This document shows positions 60,553-64,000 of a stretch of 64,000 bases of DNA, in pieces. Source of the stretch: Centroscyllium fabricii (Eukaryota); contig JBNRSN020000003.1 of assembly GCA_051313645.2 (NCBI GenBank), forward strand, positions 79,298,001 to 79,362,000, in the 5' to 3' direction. A program made the position numbers and the translations under genes. A model generated the notes under the pieces. That model was given only the letters and a program-made list of their open reading frames with translations, did not search any database and had not been told where the DNA came from. Numbering within the stretch: the stretch's first letter is position 1; each line of letters opens with the position of its first letter.

Positions 60553-62280
60553 GTTTGTTGGTTTTTTTTAGTGATAGGGATGTACAGTATTTAAAGTGGA
60601 CACCCTAGAGCTGGTCTTAAATTCGATTTATTTAGTGTCTGGAGAATGAATGCTGTTTGCAGGGCTGCTGTCGGCCACACAGTCATCTCGTCCAGAGTGC
60701 ACAACCGCAGAGGGTTTATTTGTGGAACTTAAAGATCTTTTGGACCTCTTAAAAATGCGATCCTTCATTTTACTGTTAATTGGGATCTTTGTTTATTATT
60801 TGTCATGTTCATTCGGTGTGATTATGCCAAAGCTTTTTTCCGAAGGAGCCATACAGACTGCTATTAAGTTACAAACTGCAGCACCTCTGATACCCGTTGG
60901 GAAGATTTTACAGCTGAAACGCAAAGGGTCCACTGGAGGCTAATTAATCAGTAATCATTAAACATTTTGTGTTGTTAGGCAGGTAGCGGACTGGGATATA
61001 AAGAGAATTGACGCCCCTTAAAATTCTTGTGTTTGATATTTATTAAGGATTTTTTTTTCACTCTGGGACTTCTCATCACAGTTGATGATTGAACAGTTCA
61101 GCTGTCAGGAATTACCTCTGATGGACGGTGGTATTTCCATAAAGGGGCCGGCATGCTGTTTGGATGTGCATTGATCTGCTATAGTTTTACTCAGCTCCTG
61201 CCACGTCTCCGGCACAGCCTGCCTCCTGCTCGATATGCAGAATATTTCTGGATGAAGCGAGCGATTCTGTCACTGAGCTGATGGTGCTCAGTGACTCTTG
61301 CAGCTCTCCGCTGGTCTGTACTGCAGGAGCCTGACACCCTGACCACTGAGGCATAAAAAACAGAGAATTGGAAGTCTGAGCCTGTCAGGCCCTGGCGCAT
61401 CCCCCTGAGAGCAAGGAGGGGGAACGAAGGGAATCACATCGTGAAGTGTCGGCTTACTTCAAATCATTTGAGCAGAAGTGCAGCTGATGAGTTTAAATTT
61501 CCCATCGCCTGCTGATTAATATGCACAGCAACGCAAATTGCCATCACCTCATCTTCGCAGCTAAGGGGTTTGGAAAGGCGGCTGCACTCCTGTCAGTATT
61601 GAGGTGTGAGGCAAAGTTTGGGGAACAAAGGAGGCAGACTTGGTTAAATTCTGAGAGAAAACAACAAATATTTTAATGAAGTAATTTAGCCACACAAGGA
61701 ATGGATTTTTAATGGCTTAGCTAGTTATTGTATTTACTTAGCTTCTGCTACAATGTTGATGGTAATTAGTTTGCGAACCATAGGAACAGGCCATTTGTGT
61801 TGGATTAATGTCCAGAATTCATGAAATAAAACTGGTGATAATCATCATATCTAATATCATACTCGTGATGGGGCAAGACAATGGGGATGGCAGGGAGCAG
61901 ATAAGAGACAGAGGGACATAGAAAGCGGGTGTGGAAAATATCTACCAGACATGATGCCACAAAACTCCTACTAATTAATGAAGCCAGTTGGTTGATCGTG
62001 TTACTAAATCTCAACTTATTTCCCAGCATATTTCTTATATCAACAAGTCCCAGGTGTTACATGTGATGTAGTTAAATTAGTGAAGGTTTGAGTCTCACAG
62101 AAAATGAAGAAACCCATTAATTGCAAAGTGTGACTAGATGCAGATCGGTTATTAATGACATTTGGTTCATAACATTGAACTACTACTTCACCATATTTCT
62201 TCATTTGTAGGACAACCCAGACTAATTAACTCGAGAATCTTTGCATCATTTAATCCTCTTTGTGCTCTCTCTTATTTTAG

Positions 62281-62367
62281 GAGGTGATTTTTCTGGGAGC
62301 CCATATTCCCATCCGCAGTATACAACTTACAACGACTCCTGGAGATTTCCCAATGCTGGATTATTAA
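62281..62367 (+). CDS. pax5: Paired box protein Pax5 (Pax2/5/8 family), penultimate coding exon (transactivation region; exon 9 equivalent)
   Basis: Polypyrimidine tract plus TTTTAG acceptor, 87-nt phase 1-1 exon, GTAAGT donor. Encodes [33 protein letters not shown] and NDSWRFPN are Pax5-type (Pax2 has GNPY/NEAWRFSN; Pax8 has GNAY/SEAWRFPN), compared from memory. Confidence 0.9.
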   Translation, partial: EVIFLGAHIPIRSIQLTTTPGDFPMLDY

Positions 62368-62810
62368 GTAAGTGTGTTTCCAGATTATATGGTTTGAAAG
62401 ATCTTATTGTCATAGAGAGCATCATGAGTACATGTGTCCATTTTTACATGCCTGCATCATTAAGTCTTTCCTGTGTTCTGAGAAGTGATGTACATGTAAC
62501 TGATCCCTCTCTTCTAGGCTGCTGAAGAAGGCCTAGATGGTGTATATTTAAGTTATTTTTTTCTTCCACCTCCAAGTCACAAGTATCATGCAGCTTCCAA
62601 GGACTTTCAGTGCTGTTTTGCATCTGGCCACTAGCAGGTGCAAAAGACCTTGCTGGAATTCATTCCGTCTCTTCCCCTTCTCACTCTGCCTCACTTCAGT
62701 GAGCTGTCTGAGAGAAAGGGATCACCTTCGGCACCCTGGGTGAGATGCCCTCACCGTGTCAGTCCATAGCACAGCTCTAGATGCCACAGTTAATCGTCAA
62801 TTAATTCCCC

Positions 62811-63991
62811 TGACGTATCGTCAATAATACAAAGACGAGTAGTTACCTTAACTATAGGCTTTTATTAGCTTTACAAAGGAGCTACGCTCCGGTCGAACAT
62901 CATGTACAGAATGAATGGGGGCAGGTCAGACCCCACCTATAAGGCACTCACCTGAGGGGAGGAGTTAGAGGTGTGGCTGACCTGACCCTGCGACAGTGTC
63001 GTAATACAAAAACTATGTGCAGTGCACCCAGCCGCTATACATGCTGGTTTATATTGTGCTTCACTATTACAGTGGTAATAACGGTTACCACATTCACCCC
63101 TTCTTTGAAAATTAAGTCCGGCGGGGTGAATGGACAGAGCAGTTCATAATAAGTCTCTCCGGCGGTCGCGTCTGCTTTGAGGACCGCCGGGTCTCTGTTA
63201 GCGGCGCCGGTGCCTGCAGTGTCGGCGGCGCTGGTGCCGGTAGTGTCGGCGGCGCTGGTGCCGGTAGTGTCGGTGCTGGTGCCGGTAGTGGCGGTGGGGC
63301 CGGGCCCTCCGGCTGCTGCTGTGCCTGCGGTGCGGCGTCCGGTTCTTGGTCCTCGGCTGGTAGTGGCGGGGGCTCCGGTGTGTGTGTGTGCATAGGCCAA
63401 AATCCGGTGGGTTGTGGTTGTTGGTGCGTAGACCGAGTGGACCGGGCGCACGTAGCATGCCTTCAGTTTTTCCACGGCTTCAGAGTACATTTTAGCGTCG
63501 CGGATGAAGGAGTATACCCGGCTGGAGATCCTTGATGTGAGAACGTGCAGTTTGTTCCCATCGGTTGTCGCCTTGGCGGCCTCCATGTAGACCTCGACGA
63601 GACTGAACCAATGTTCAAATGTATTGGCGGCGGCTGGGTCCTGTGGACTGACGTCCAGCTTTTCGGGTTTCACAGCGCCGCTCTCCATTTTAATTTTAAA
63701 GCTAATAAAATTGACGTATCGTCAATAATACAAAGACGAGTAGTTACCTTAACTATAGGCTTTTATTAGCTTTACAAAGGAGCTACGCTCCAGTCGAACA
63801 TCAGGTACAGAATGAATGGGGGCAGGTCAGACCCCACCTATAAGGCACTCACCTGAGGGGAGGAGTTAGAGGTGTGGCTGACCTGACCCTGCGACAGTCG
63901 TAATACAAAAACTATGTACAGTGCACCCAGCCGCTATACATGCTGGTTTATATTGTGCTTCACTATTACAGTGGTAATAACGGTTACCACA
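62811..63991 (-). mobile_element. Internally deleted non-autonomous Gypsy (TRIM-like, 1181 bp; LTRs 62811-63092 and 63712-63991)
   Basis: TSD TCCCC; LTRs differ by about 3 substitutions and a 2-nt indel; PPT GAAGGGGTGAA; gag N-terminus MESGAVKPEKLDVSPQ is homologous to that at 35070 and fused to a Pro-rich pol tail. Confidence 0.93.
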
Positions 63992-64000
63992 TCCCCAAAA

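Noticed and set aside
62241-62525. 94-aa ORF with signal-peptide-like N-terminus
   Set aside because: The hydrophobic start is the translated polypyrimidine tract; only 62281-62367 is exon.

Overview
Vertebrate genomic DNA, almost certainly from a shark or ray (HE1-type V-SINEs, Deu-domain SINEs, CR1, Penelope). The only host coding sequence I can support is an 87-nt exon at 62281-62367 (+). It encodes [29 protein letters not shown], the penultimate exon of Pax2/5/8 genes, best matching pax5 exon 9. No preceding exon is visible, so the window is probably one very large pax5 intron. Bases 1-49512 are a single-orientation 27-28-bp satellite (about 18-19 kb of monomer) riddled with transposons: a BEL/Pao element, a CsRn1-type Gypsy carrying a second nested Gypsy, several solo LTRs, RTE-X, Vingi, CR1/Zenon-like LINEs, Penelope with a minimal hammerhead ribozyme, Harbinger-type MITEs and SINEs. 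Most ORFs in the track are satellite artefacts. The most striking observation is a Gypsy lineage with a YLDN reverse-transcriptase motif and no tRNA primer-binding site. In two divergent members, the 14 nt after the 5' LTR are the exact reverse complement of the LTR's own AATAAA-containing segment, with compensatory changes between the members. This points to a conserved RNA structure for self-priming and/or poly(A)-signal masking.
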